In this document: in pieces, positions 29,908 through 39,671 of the stretch
Layout of the letters: each line of letters begins with the position of its first letter
Position numbering within the stretch: position 1 is the stretch's first letter
Source of the DNA: Planctomycetes bacterium UBA1146
GTDB taxonomy: Bacteria > Planctomycetota > UBA8108 > UBA1146
DNA length: 64,000 nucleotides
Reading direction: 5' to 3'
NCBI GenBank assembly: GCA_002311345.1
Contig: DCAA01000043.1
Span: forward strand, 6,177 to 70,176
Made by a program: the position numbers and the translations under genes
The notes under the pieces: generated by a model
What the model was told of the DNA's origin: nothing
What the model saw: only the letters and a program-made list of their open reading frames with translations
The model's database searches: none

Positions 29908-30008
29908 CGATGACTCCTTGACGCCTCGATCATCCTAGATTGTGCCCTTTCTGAAGGTCTTCGCAACAGTTGCTCGCTCGCTAGTTACGGTGCCCTTCAA
30001 AGGCTAGG

Positions 30009-33000
30009 ATGGAGTCTGAATTGGCACACCTGAACCGGGAGGATTGCCAGATGCCGCCATGGCTTTCCGTTGCGCTGAAATCTCTGTCCAGAGCTCTGTT
30101 AGGGACCTTATGCCTGCCACCGTTATTGATGGCCGGTGACGGCGAGGGGAACAGGTCCGGGACGCTCGAGCAATTCGAACGTGAGATCCGACCGCTGCTG
30201 GTGCAGCGCTGCTACTCCTGTCACAGCGGGCGATCGGAGAAGATCGAGAGCGGCTTGCGAGTCGACTTCCGTGACGGCATCCGCATTGGCGGAGAACGAG
30301 GGCCCGCTGTGGTGCCGGGTGATCCGGAGGGGAGCCTGCTGCTGAGAGCCGTCAACGGTACCGAGCCGGATCTCTCGATGCCTCCCGGGGAGACCCTGTC
30401 GACGCTGGAGATCCAGTCGTTGGCGCAATGGATTCGCTCGGGGGCTCACGATCCTCGCGATAAGGCAGCCGATGAACCCGAGCTGGTGAACGGGGGCAGA
30501 AAACCGATAGACCTGGAACTCTCGAGGGATCACTGGGCATTCAAGCCGGTGGGAGATCCTGCTCCACCGGAGGTGGAGGCGATCGAACGGGTTCGCGACC
30601 CGATCGACGCGTTTGTTCTCGAGAAGCTGGAACAAAGTGATCTCACTTTCGCCCCTGAAGCGAGCCTTTCAGTGCTTGCACAGCGGGTTCATCAACAACT
30701 CACAGGTCTTCCGTTGCGCTGGGAGCGACTCCAGCAGTTGCTGGAGTCGGAAGATCCCCAAGCGTTCGATTACTTCATCGATGAACTGCTCGATTCGTCC
30801 GCATTCGGGGAGAGGTGGGCGCGGTCATGGCTCGACCTGGCGCGTTACGCCGATTCGAACGGTCTCGACGAGAACCTTGCCCTTGGTGAGGCATGGCGCT
30901 ACCGCGATTACGTGATTCGCTCCTTCAACGATGACAAACCGTACAATCAATTTCTCACCGAGCAGATCGCCGGTGATTTGCTGCCGGAGCCTGCTCAGCA
31001 AGTTGCCTGGAGAGATCAGCGAATCGCTACCGGTTTCTTGACCCTGGGTCCGAAGATGCTGGCCGAGCAGGATGAGGCAAAATTGGCCATCGATGTGGTG
31101 GACGAGCAACTCGATGTGGCATCGCGTGCGTTCCTGGGAATGACCATCGGTTGTGCTCGCTGTCACGATCACAAGTTCGATCCGATTCCAACAAGGGACT
31201 ACTACGCCATGGCGGGAATCTTTCGTTCGACCAGCACGATGGAGAACCTGAAGACGGTCGCAAAGTGGCGTGAAATCTCCCTGGAGACCACCGAGCAGCA
31301 GCAGGTTCGAAAGCAGTGGGAGGGTCGTCGTTCGGAACTGGCCAAGGAACTGGAGGCCGAGAAGAAGGCACTTCGAGCCGATCTCGAACAGATCCTGCCA
31401 CTCAAGGTCGGGAAACATCTGCTGGCAGCCCAGAAAGCCAGTGATCAGATCGCCATCTCCGGAGTCACCCAGACCGTCTCGACGACGCTCGGGGAAAACC
31501 GTTCGAACTACGGCACCAAACAGATCCCGGTGCTGCACACCGTCAAGGGCGGTATCCAGCAGGCGACCTGGAAACTGGAAGTTCCCGCTCCCGGACTCTG
31601 GTCCATCGAGGTGCGCTATGCGGCCAAGGAGAAGCGGCCGATGCGGTTACTGGTCAACGGTGAAGAGATCTCGAAGGAAGCGCTAGCGACTGTCACCGGT
31701 GGCTGGACCACAACACATCTTTTGTGGGAATCCCAGGCACAGATCCAGCTCGATGCGGGAGAGGTCGAGGTTCGTCTCGAACGAGGTGGAGCGGTTCCGC
31801 ATCTCGATCGAGTCCGGTTGGTTCCAGCTGAGGGGTGGCCCGATGCAGAAGATCCACTCGTCGTCGCCGGTTGGGTCGATTTCCTGACCCGTCCGACTCA
31901 TCAGGACGACCCGCTCTGGGGACCGTGGGTTCAGTTCGGCCAGCAGTCGTTGACAGATGCTGCAGCGGTGGCCTCCTGGTGGAGCGAGACGATGACGACG
32001 GAGAAACTGAAGTCTCTGTCCGAAGAGGCGCGAACGATCCTACAGACGGCGGCCCCCAATGATCGAACCGAGGTCGCTGCGGTTTACCAGCAACTGGTCG
32101 TAATATCCGAGGCCAGGGGTGAGGCGCAAATCGAGGCGTTGAAGCCGATCTCCCAGCAACTTCGATCGACGGCGGGGCCCTGGTTCGAAGCGCTGATCCT
32201 GGCCGAGAAGGCGGCTCCGCTACAGCTTCGGGAGCCTATCGTGCGGCTCGCGGCGAACCTGGCCGAGCATGACATGCAGAAACCACCGGCGGCAGAGAGG
32301 GCTCTGGGAGTCCAGGATGGAGTTGTGGCCGATTTGCCGGTGCATATCCGTGGTAGTCATCTGCGACTGGCCACGGAGTCGGTTCCTCGCGGAGCTCTGC
32401 AAGTTACCGAACACCTGGTGCCGCCGTTGGAAGTTCAAGACGGCCACAGCGGTCGCCTTGAACTGGCACAGTGGATGATCCACCCGGATCATCCGCTGAC
32501 TTCGCGTGTTGCGGTGAACCGGATCTGGATGGATCTGTTCGATAACGCGCTGGTGACGACTCCCTCAAACTTTGGCTTCAGTGGTAATCGGCCAAGTCAT
32601 CCAGAACTGCTCGATCGACTCGCCCGGGATTTCATTTCAGACGGCTGGTCGACCAAGAAGATGATCCGAAGAATTCTCGGTACCTCCACCTGGAGGCAGC
32701 AGGTGATCGAGGATCCCATCGCCCACGAGATCGATCCGGAGAACCGTCTGCTGTGGCGGCAAAACCGTCAGCGTCTTCGTGCAGAGGCGGTGCGTGATTC
32801 AGTGTTGGCGGTGGGTGGGATGCTCGACCGGGAGATGGGTGGAACCCTCCTGATGACGGGCAACCGTGGTTACGTGACCAACGACCAGTCGAACAATCAG
32901 GCGCGTTATGATGTTCCTCGCCGTTCCATCTATTTACCGGTGGTTCGCAATGCGATGTACGAACTGTTCAGCGCCTTCGATTACAACGATCCTTCCGCCC

Positions 33001-33350
33001 CGATCACAAAACGGTTTTCCACCGTGATTCCACACCAGGCACTTTTCTTCCTCAATTCGCCGATGGTCCTCGATTCCGCGTTAGCGATTGCGCGCGAAGT
33101 TATCGATCAGTTCGAGCAAGAAACCGACAAGGTGCACGCGATGCACCGACGGATCCTCTGTCGTGAAGCCACCGAAAGAGAGGTGGAGAGAGCGATTGGA
33201 TTCGTCAACAATATAAGGCAATACATCCAGACCTCTCCAGAGCAGGATCGACCGGGTGATGCCGATAATACCAGTGATCCGCTGGAGTCCGCGTGGCAGG
33301 CATACGCTCAGGCGCTTCTTTCCTCGAGCGAGTTTCTGTATCTGGATTGA
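30009..33350 (+). CDS. PSCyt1/PSCyt2/PSD1 (DUF1549/DUF1553) planctomycete cytochrome-c-domain protein
   Basis: The N-terminal CxxCH heme motif is CYSCHSG, within a 1113-aa protein. The architecture is characteristic of the DUF1549/DUF1553 family. A probable signal-peptide start lies at about 30051 (MPPWLSVALKS...). Confidence 0.75.
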   Translation: MESELAHLNREDCQMPPWLSVALKSLSRALLGTLCLPPLLMAGDGEGNRSGTLEQFEREIRPLLVQRCYSCHSGRSEKIESGLRVDFRDGIRIGGERGPAVVPGDPEGSLLLRAVNGTEPDLSMPPGETLSTLEIQSLAQWIRSGAHDPRDKAADEPELVNGGRKPIDLELSRDHWAFKPVGDPAPPEVEAIERVRDPIDAFVLEKLEQSDLTFAPEASLSVLAQRVHQQLTGLPLRWERLQQLLESEDPQAFDYFIDELLDSSAFGERWARSWLDLARYADSNGLDENLALGEAWRYRDYVIRSFNDDKPYNQFLTEQIAGDLLPEPAQQVAWRDQRIATGFLTLGPKMLAEQDEAKLAIDVVDEQLDVASRAFLGMTIGCARCHDHKFDPIPTRDYYAMAGIFRSTSTMENLKTVAKWREISLETTEQQQVRKQWEGRRSELAKELEAEKKALRADLEQILPLKVGKHLLAAQKASDQIAISGVTQTVSTTLGENRSNYGTKQIPVLHTVKGGIQQATWKLEVPAPGLWSIEVRYAAKEKRPMRLLVNGEEISKEALATVTGGWTTTHLLWESQAQIQLDAGEVEVRLERGGAVPHLDRVRLVPAEGWPDAEDPLVVAGWVDFLTRPTHQDDPLWGPWVQFGQQSLTDAAAVASWWSETMTTEKLKSLSEEARTILQTAAPNDRTEVAAVYQQLVVISEARGEAQIEALKPISQQLRSTAGPWFEALILAEKAAPLQLREPIVRLAANLAEHDMQKPPAAERALGVQDGVVADLPVHIRGSHLRLATESVPRGALQVTEHLVPPLEVQDGHSGRLELAQWMIHPDHPLTSRVAVNRIWMDLFDNALVTTPSNFGFSGNRPSHPELLDRLARDFISDGWSTKKMIRRILGTSTWRQQVIEDPIAHEIDPENRLLWRQNRQRLRAEAVRDSVLAVGGMLDREMGGTLLMTGNRGYVTNDQSNNQARYDVPRRSIYLPVVRNAMYELFSAFDYNDPSAPITKRFSTVIPHQALFFLNSPMVLDSALAIAREVIDQFEQETDKVHAMHRRILCREATEREVERAIGFVNNIRQYIQTSPEQDRPGDADNTSDPLESAWQAYAQALLSSSEFLYLD

Positions 33351-33393
33351 GGTGGTGGAATGATTGAAGCCTTGAAACGATGGAGGAGTTGAA

Positions 33394-34797
33394 GTGGTGT
33401 TCGAGCCGATGAGTTCCATCTCGCGTCGCAAGATGCTCAGGACCTGTTGTGCCGGATTCGGCGCGTTGGCCCTCGATGGTCTTATCGGCAGGGTCCCTGC
33501 CTTCGCCGGAATCACCGGGCAACCCCATTTCGCCCCGCGCGCCAAGCGAATCATTTTTCTCTTCATGCATGGTGGGCCATCGCAGGTGGATACTTTTGAC
33601 TACAAACCCCGGTTGATCCAGGACGATGGCAAACCTCTTCCTTACCCGCTACCGCGGGTCACCTTCGCATCGCCGAACCAGTATGGGGGTGTGATGCGCT
33701 CTCCGTGGGAGTTTCGCCAGCATGGTGAATCGGGCCAGTGGGTCAGTGATCTGTTCCCCCATGTTGCTGGACAAGTCGATGACATCTGCTTCGTCAAGAG
33801 TCTGCACGGAACCAACGATGCCCATGGCGGTGCACTTCTGGCCCTGCACACCGGCAGCGACACCTTTGTGCGTCCGAGCATGGGATCCTGGATGCTCTAC
33901 GGGTTGGGTGAGGAGAACACGAATCTTCCCGGATTCATCACCATCTGCCCGACTCTGGGACATGGCGGGGTGAATAACTGGTCGAGTGCTTTCTTGCCAG
34001 CGAGATATCAGGGGACACCGATCGGTCACGCAGGTGTCAAGGCCAAGGATGCCACGATCCATCATCTCGATAACAAACACTGGCAAGCCGGAATCCAGAA
34101 ACTTCAACTCGATTTGCTCGAGGATATCAACCTGGAACACCTCGGTGATCGAAGTACTGACGATGCGCTGGAAGCCAGAATCAGATCGTTCGAGGTGGCA
34201 TTCAAGATGCAGACGGAAGCGCCACAGGTGATGGACTTTTCCGGTGAGACGGATGCGACAATGGAACTGTATGGAATCGATGAACCCGTGACCGACAACT
34301 TCGGTAGGCAATGTCTCATGGCGAGACGTTTCGCCGAGGCCGGTGTACGTTTCATCCAGTGCACCCATTCCTACAAGTGGGATCAGCACAGTAATCTCAA
34401 GGGTGGCCACTCGAAGAATGCACTCGAGGTCGACAAGCCCATCGCTGGCCTGTTGAAGGACCTCAAGTCGCGCGGGTTACTGGAGGACACGCTGGTGCTC
34501 TGGGGAGGCGAGTTCGGTCGGACCCCGACCGCTCAGGACAAGAATGGCCGCGATCATAACCCTCATGGGTTCACCATGTGGATGGCTGGCGGAGGAATCC
34601 GCGGTGGGATGTCCTATGGCGAGACGGATGACTACGGATATCACGCCGTGATCGACAAGGTGCACGTACATGACCTGCATGCAACATTATTGCACCTGCT
34701 GGGAATTGATCACGAACGGCTGACTTTCCGTCATGCAGGACGTGACTTCCGCCTGACGGATGTCTCAGGGCGCGTGGTGAATGAAATCATCGCCTGA
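33394..34797 (+). CDS. DUF1501 family protein (sulfatase/alkaline-phosphatase-like, Tat signal)
   Basis: A twin-arginine motif SRRKMLRTCCAGFGALAL is present in a 467-aa protein. A GGAGGAG SD sits 5 nt upstream of the GTG start. This family is the canonical partner of PSCyt/DUF1553 proteins. Confidence 0.8.
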   Translation: MVFEPMSSISRRKMLRTCCAGFGALALDGLIGRVPAFAGITGQPHFAPRAKRIIFLFMHGGPSQVDTFDYKPRLIQDDGKPLPYPLPRVTFASPNQYGGVMRSPWEFRQHGESGQWVSDLFPHVAGQVDDICFVKSLHGTNDAHGGALLALHTGSDTFVRPSMGSWMLYGLGEENTNLPGFITICPTLGHGGVNNWSSAFLPARYQGTPIGHAGVKAKDATIHHLDNKHWQAGIQKLQLDLLEDINLEHLGDRSTDDALEARIRSFEVAFKMQTEAPQVMDFSGETDATMELYGIDEPVTDNFGRQCLMARRFAEAGVRFIQCTHSYKWDQHSNLKGGHSKNALEVDKPIAGLLKDLKSRGLLEDTLVLWGGEFGRTPTAQDKNGRDHNPHGFTMWMAGGGIRGGMSYGETDDYGYHAVIDKVHVHDLHATLLHLLGIDHERLTFRHAGRDFRLTDVSGRVVNEIIA

Positions 34798-34863
34798 GGC
34801 CGCATTGCGACCCCAGGCGATGGAAGGCCCTGGTGACTCCAGGATCTGATAACAAGCACAGTT

Positions 34864-35571
34864 CTACCAGTTAACGCCCGCCATGATGGAGAGGGTGTCC
34901 ATTGAATTTGGATCTCCACTGGGGTGGAGTTCGCTGAGATCTTTGCCGTAGTCAACGATTCGATAGTCGAGGCCGAGATGAGCGTTGTCTCCCATGTGGA
35001 GTAACACACCAAAATGGAAGTAAGACGCGGATAATTCTTTGTCAAAGTTGAGTGCGTCAACATCGGCCTTCAGAGAAGTGATTCCAAGGCCCGCGAAGAC
35101 AGAGGTGGGCGTAAATGGCAACTCCGCCACAACACGCCCTCCTGCGAAGATCTCTGTAAACTTGATGTCACCAAGTAGACCATTATCTTCTTCCGACATG
35201 ATGAAGCCGAACTCTGGAGCGATGTACCACTCGGCCGGTCGCGCGCTGATCCAGAGTCCATACCCGTCGATGTCATCGAGTTGAAAGGCATCCTCGAATA
35301 CCTGTTTGGGCTCGGAATCGAGATTCAACTCGTACAACCCACGCAAAAAACTTACCTGGCCGGTGTAGGCTTTTGGATGAGGTTGCTCCACTCCCGAGAA
35401 TGGGGAGGTTGGATCGGGTCGGAAACGCACCCAGTCCTCATTGGCAGCGCAGCCGGAGAGCATGGCGAGACACAAAAAGATCATTCCATAGTTTCTGAGA
35501 CTCCACACGGTTGGTCTCCAATTCTTTGGGTTCCGCATCGGTTGTATTGTCTTTCCTTCGCCCGGATCCAC
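34864..35571 (-). CDS. Putative outer-membrane β-barrel lipoprotein
   Basis: The signal peptide contains MLSGCAAN and the C-terminus is aromatic (..AGVNW). I recognised no domain. Confidence 0.4.
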   Translation of the reverse strand: MDPGEGKTIQPMRNPKNWRPTVWSLRNYGMIFLCLAMLSGCAANEDWVRFRPDPTSPFSGVEQPHPKAYTGQVSFLRGLYELNLDSEPKQVFEDAFQLDDIDGYGLWISARPAEWYIAPEFGFIMSEEDNGLLGDIKFTEIFAGGRVVAELPFTPTSVFAGLGITSLKADVDALNFDKELSASYFHFGVLLHMGDNAHLGLDYRIVDYGKDLSELHPSGDPNSMDTLSIMAGVNW

Positions 35572-36124
35572 CGGGCTGCCACCTCGTCTCGGCTATGTGA
35601 TCCCGACAAACAAGGGACCGGCACCGGACCCGATGCGACCGAGATGGCAGAGGCGGGATTCTAGACCGATGGCGCTCCAGCGGCAAGGTACACCGGGGCC
35701 CGAGTCGGGGTAGTCCCAGGCCTTCTGTGGAGGCGTTGGTGGGTTCATGGGAACGGGCGATCCTTGACTCCGAACGGCCATCTCGTACGATTCAGACTTC
35801 CAGGTTCCTGTTCAGGGCAATCCTGGGCATTGATTTCCAGTGTCATTTGCGAGGTGGACCTGACCGGGGTATTTTGCTGCCCGGGGGAGCAGGAAGCAGG
35901 TGTGGGCGGTGTTGTCGTGCGGGGTTCGCCTGCTATGGGCGACGCGGCAGCAGCGTGTAGGTGTTCACTGGAGAGTCAAAGATCTCTGCTCGGGGAGCAG
36001 ACGGGGCCCAATCCCGATGATCTGTCGCTAAATTGCAGCTTGACCCGGTTCCGATGAAGGCGATCGGCGTGCTGGTTGAGAGCTCCGGGGATTGAAAGAT
36101 CGATCCCGACAGGAAAGGTGAAGC

Positions 36125-37819
36125 ATGAAGAAAAAGGTCGGAGAAATCCTTCGCGAGAAGGGTTGGGTTACCGACGAGCAGATTCAGAAAGCTCTCGCTT
36201 ACGGCCAGTCAGAGAAGTGCAAGATCGGTGAAGCGCTGGTTAACCTGGAGATCTGCACACAGGAGCAGGTGACTCGTGCACTTGCCATCCACTTTCAGTT
36301 GCCTTTTGCTAACCTCGGCAAGCATATCATCGCCCAGGAAATCATCGATACCATTCCCAAAGAGGTCGCTCTGGAACACCGGATCGTTCCTGTGGCTCGA
36401 AAGGGTCGCACCCTCATCATTGCGATGGCAGACCCGCTTGATTTCTTCACCATCGATAACCTGCGTTTCATCCTCTCCACAGAGGTGGACTGTGCCCTGG
36501 CAACTCCTGAATCGGTCGACGAAGCACTCGATGACTATTACCGATTGGCAGGGGGATACGACTCGGTCCTCGGTGAGCATGCAGGATCCGATGCCGATGT
36601 CGAGTTTGGACGAGGAGATTACGCCGGTGATGATGCGGAGGCCAACGAGGCTCCGGTGATCAAGTTGGTGCACATGCTCATCGCGAATGCCCTCAAGGAA
36701 GGGGCTTCTGATATTCACATCGAACCGATGGAGCACGATCTGCGTATTCGTTACCGGGTCGATGGTGTATGCAGGGTGGTGGATTCGCCTCCGAAGAGAC
36801 TACAGGGCCCGGTCATCTCTCGCCTGAAGATCATGTCGCGGCTCGACATGGCGGAAAAACGTCGTCCACAAGATGGCAGGATCAAGATCAAGGTCACTGG
36901 CAAGGAGATCGACCTCCGGGTTTCGATCATCCCTACCGTGCATGGCGAGAGTGTCGTCATGAGAATTCTGGACAAGGAAGCAGGTCTGGTCGATCTCGAG
37001 AAACTCGGGTTTCACGAATCTGACCTGGCTCGCTTCAACAAGATCATCAAGCGACCCAATGGTATCTTCCTCGTCACCGGTCCCACCGGTTCAGGTAAGA
37101 CCACGACCCTGTATTCGGCTCTGATGGACCTGAATCTCCCCGACGTGAAGATCATCACCGCAGAGCACCCGATCGAATACAACCTCACCGGGGTCAATCA
37201 GGCAGAGGTGAAGCACGAGATCGGTCTCGATTTCTCGAGGATCCTGCGTGCCATGATGCGTCAGGCACCAAATATCATACTGGTAGGTGAGATTCGAGAC
37301 CGGGAGACCGCCGACACCGCCATCCAGGCGGCGTTGACTGGACACCTGGTGTTCTCGACCCTCCACACCAATGATGCGCCCTCAGCTCTGACCCGTCTGA
37401 TCGACATGGGCGTCAAGCCGTTCCTGGTGGCATCTGCGGTGCTCGCCATCATGGGACAGAGGTTGATCCGTCTGCTCTGCAAGGAGTGTAAGGAACCCTA
37501 CGAGCCTTCCGAAACCGAATTGCGCATGATCGGCCTGACCAGTTCAGAGGTGATGGGTCAGGGGATCTGTCGCCCTGTCGGTTGCCCCAAGTGTTCCGAA
37601 GGGTACAAGGGCCGTTGTGGAATTTACGAGTTGCTGGAGATGTCCTCAACGTTACGCGAGATGACCTTCGACAAGACTCCGACCAAGGATCTGCGCAGCA
37701 AGGCACGTAGCGAGGGAATGGTTTCTCTGCAGGAGGATGCGGTGAGGAAGTTGCTTTCCGGAATAACCTCCATCGAAGAAATACTTCGGGTTACGCACTC
37801 CTCGGAGTTCACGACTTAG
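36125..37819 (+). CDS. GspE/PilB-type secretion/pilus assembly ATPase (copy 1)
   Basis: It has a T2SSE N-terminal domain, Walker A GPTGSGKTTTLY, Asp/His boxes and the tetracysteine CKEC...CPKC. Confidence 0.85.
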   Translation: MKKKVGEILREKGWVTDEQIQKALAYGQSEKCKIGEALVNLEICTQEQVTRALAIHFQLPFANLGKHIIAQEIIDTIPKEVALEHRIVPVARKGRTLIIAMADPLDFFTIDNLRFILSTEVDCALATPESVDEALDDYYRLAGGYDSVLGEHAGSDADVEFGRGDYAGDDAEANEAPVIKLVHMLIANALKEGASDIHIEPMEHDLRIRYRVDGVCRVVDSPPKRLQGPVISRLKIMSRLDMAEKRRPQDGRIKIKVTGKEIDLRVSIIPTVHGESVVMRILDKEAGLVDLEKLGFHESDLARFNKIIKRPNGIFLVTGPTGSGKTTTLYSALMDLNLPDVKIITAEHPIEYNLTGVNQAEVKHEIGLDFSRILRAMMRQAPNIILVGEIRDRETADTAIQAALTGHLVFSTLHTNDAPSALTRLIDMGVKPFLVASAVLAIMGQRLIRLLCKECKEPYEPSETELRMIGLTSSEVMGQGICRPVGCPKCSEGYKGRCGIYELLEMSSTLREMTFDKTPTKDLRSKARSEGMVSLQEDAVRKLLSGITSIEEILRVTHSSEFTT

Positions 37820-37870
37820 TCTGAAAACTCTAGCCGGCGCCGTCCCGGAAAACTGACGGTGAGGTGAGAA

Positions 37871-39580
37871 ATGGCGCTTGTCGCGAAGCCGATCGGTCAA
37901 ATCCTCAAGGATATGGAATTGATCACGGAACTCGATATCCAGGAAGCCCTTCAGGATCAGAAGTCCAAGGGCGGAGCGCTCGGGAGGATCCTGGTCGAAA
38001 AGGATCTCATCACCGATGCTGATCTCCGCATTGCTATCGCGAAGCAGTCGGGAATGGAACCGGTCGATCTCGATGAGGTGACCGTGACGGCAGATCTGCT
38101 CGAGATGGTCCCTGCCCATGTCGCGGAAACCTACCAGGTGATCCCCGTCGAGTTCGATGGAACGGTCCTGACTCTCGCCGTGGCAGACCCCCAGAACATC
38201 AGTGCTCTCGACGACATGAAATTCATGCTCAATCTGGAGGTGAAGGGTGCTCTCAGTGATCCCGAATCGATCGAAAGGGCGATGGAGAAGTACTACGCCG
38301 ATCGTGCCGAATCGATGGAGAGCCTGCTTGGATCGATCGACAAGGACGAAATCGAGGTCCTGGATGACACTCGTCACGAAATGCTGGATCTCGATCAACT
38401 CGAGAAAGACGTCAATGCTGCACCGGTGGTGAAACTTCTCAACATGGTCTTGCTTTCGGCCATCAAGGATCGCGCTTCCGATATTCACCTCGAACCGTTC
38501 GAGAAAGAGTTCAAGATCCGCTACCGGGTCGACGGAGTCCTCTACGAGATGATGCCGCCTCCGATCCAACTGGCACGGGCCGTGATCTCTCGTGTGAAGG
38601 TGATGTCGAGCCTTGATATCGCGGAAACTCGTCTTCCGCAGGATGGCCGCATCGAGCTGAACATTTCCGGTCGTCCTGTCGACCTGCGGGTATCGACCCT
38701 TCCCACCATGTATGGCGAGTCGGTGGTGATGAGGGTACTGGACCGGGGACAGGTGTCTCTGGATATGGAAAACATCGGATTGCGCGCCCAGGATCTCGAG
38801 GTGCTCCGGCAGTTGATCTTGAAACCCAACGGGATCATCCTCGTGACGGGTCCGACCGGATCCGGCAAGACGACGACGCTCTACTCCTGCCTCAACGAGG
38901 CCAACGATCCCGCGACGAAGATCATCACCACCGAGGATCCGGTGGAATACAAAATCGATGGAATCATCCAGATTCCCATCAACGATGATATCGGCGTCAC
39001 CTATGCCAAGTGCCTCAGGGCGATTCTTCGACAGGATCCCGACAAGATTCTCGTCGGTGAAATTCGTGATCTGGAGACCGCGCAGATCGCAGTCGAGGCG
39101 AGCCTGACCGGGCACGTCGTGTTCTCGACTCTTCACACTAACGATGCGCCCTCTTCGATCATCCGACTCATCGACCTGGGTATCGAGGCTTTCCTGTTGA
39201 CCGCGACCGTCGAGGCGGTGGTGGCTCAGAGGCTTGTCAGAAGGGTTTGTGATGAATGCAAGGTCGAGTACGAACCGACCGATGACATGCTGATGGAACT
39301 GGAATTGACGCCGTCTGATGTTCAGGACAGAACCTTCTTCTACGGCAAAGGTTGCAAAGAATGTAATGGTTCCGGTTACAAGGGCCGCATCGCTCTGTTC
39401 GAGATCATGGTGATGTCGGACCGCCTACGAGACCGCATCATGGATGGATCGAGTACCCAGGAATTGCAGATTGTGGCACGGGAGGACGGGATGAGGACTC
39501 TCCGCGATGCCGGTCTTTTGCACATTTACGATGGAATCACGACCATCGAGGAAGTCGTCAAGGAGACATTTGTCAGTTAG
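37871..39580 (+). CDS. GspE/PilB-type secretion/pilus assembly ATPase (copy 2)
   Basis: Same architecture as copy 1: GPTGSGKTTTLY and CDEC...CKEC. It is a paralogue of the upstream gene. Confidence 0.85.
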   Translation: MALVAKPIGQILKDMELITELDIQEALQDQKSKGGALGRILVEKDLITDADLRIAIAKQSGMEPVDLDEVTVTADLLEMVPAHVAETYQVIPVEFDGTVLTLAVADPQNISALDDMKFMLNLEVKGALSDPESIERAMEKYYADRAESMESLLGSIDKDEIEVLDDTRHEMLDLDQLEKDVNAAPVVKLLNMVLLSAIKDRASDIHLEPFEKEFKIRYRVDGVLYEMMPPPIQLARAVISRVKVMSSLDIAETRLPQDGRIELNISGRPVDLRVSTLPTMYGESVVMRVLDRGQVSLDMENIGLRAQDLEVLRQLILKPNGIILVTGPTGSGKTTTLYSCLNEANDPATKIITTEDPVEYKIDGIIQIPINDDIGVTYAKCLRAILRQDPDKILVGEIRDLETAQIAVEASLTGHVVFSTLHTNDAPSSIIRLIDLGIEAFLLTATVEAVVAQRLVRRVCDECKVEYEPTDDMLMELELTPSDVQDRTFFYGKGCKECNGSGYKGRIALFEIMVMSDRLRDRIMDGSSTQELQIVAREDGMRTLRDAGLLHIYDGITTIEEVVKETFVS

Positions 39581-39671
39581 GCGAACATCCCCTAGGTTGT
39601 GAAGAGGTAGGACCAGACGGTAGGCGCTCGTCTAAGCCGATGTGGTCCTCCGACTAAAAGGAGCAGCGAAG

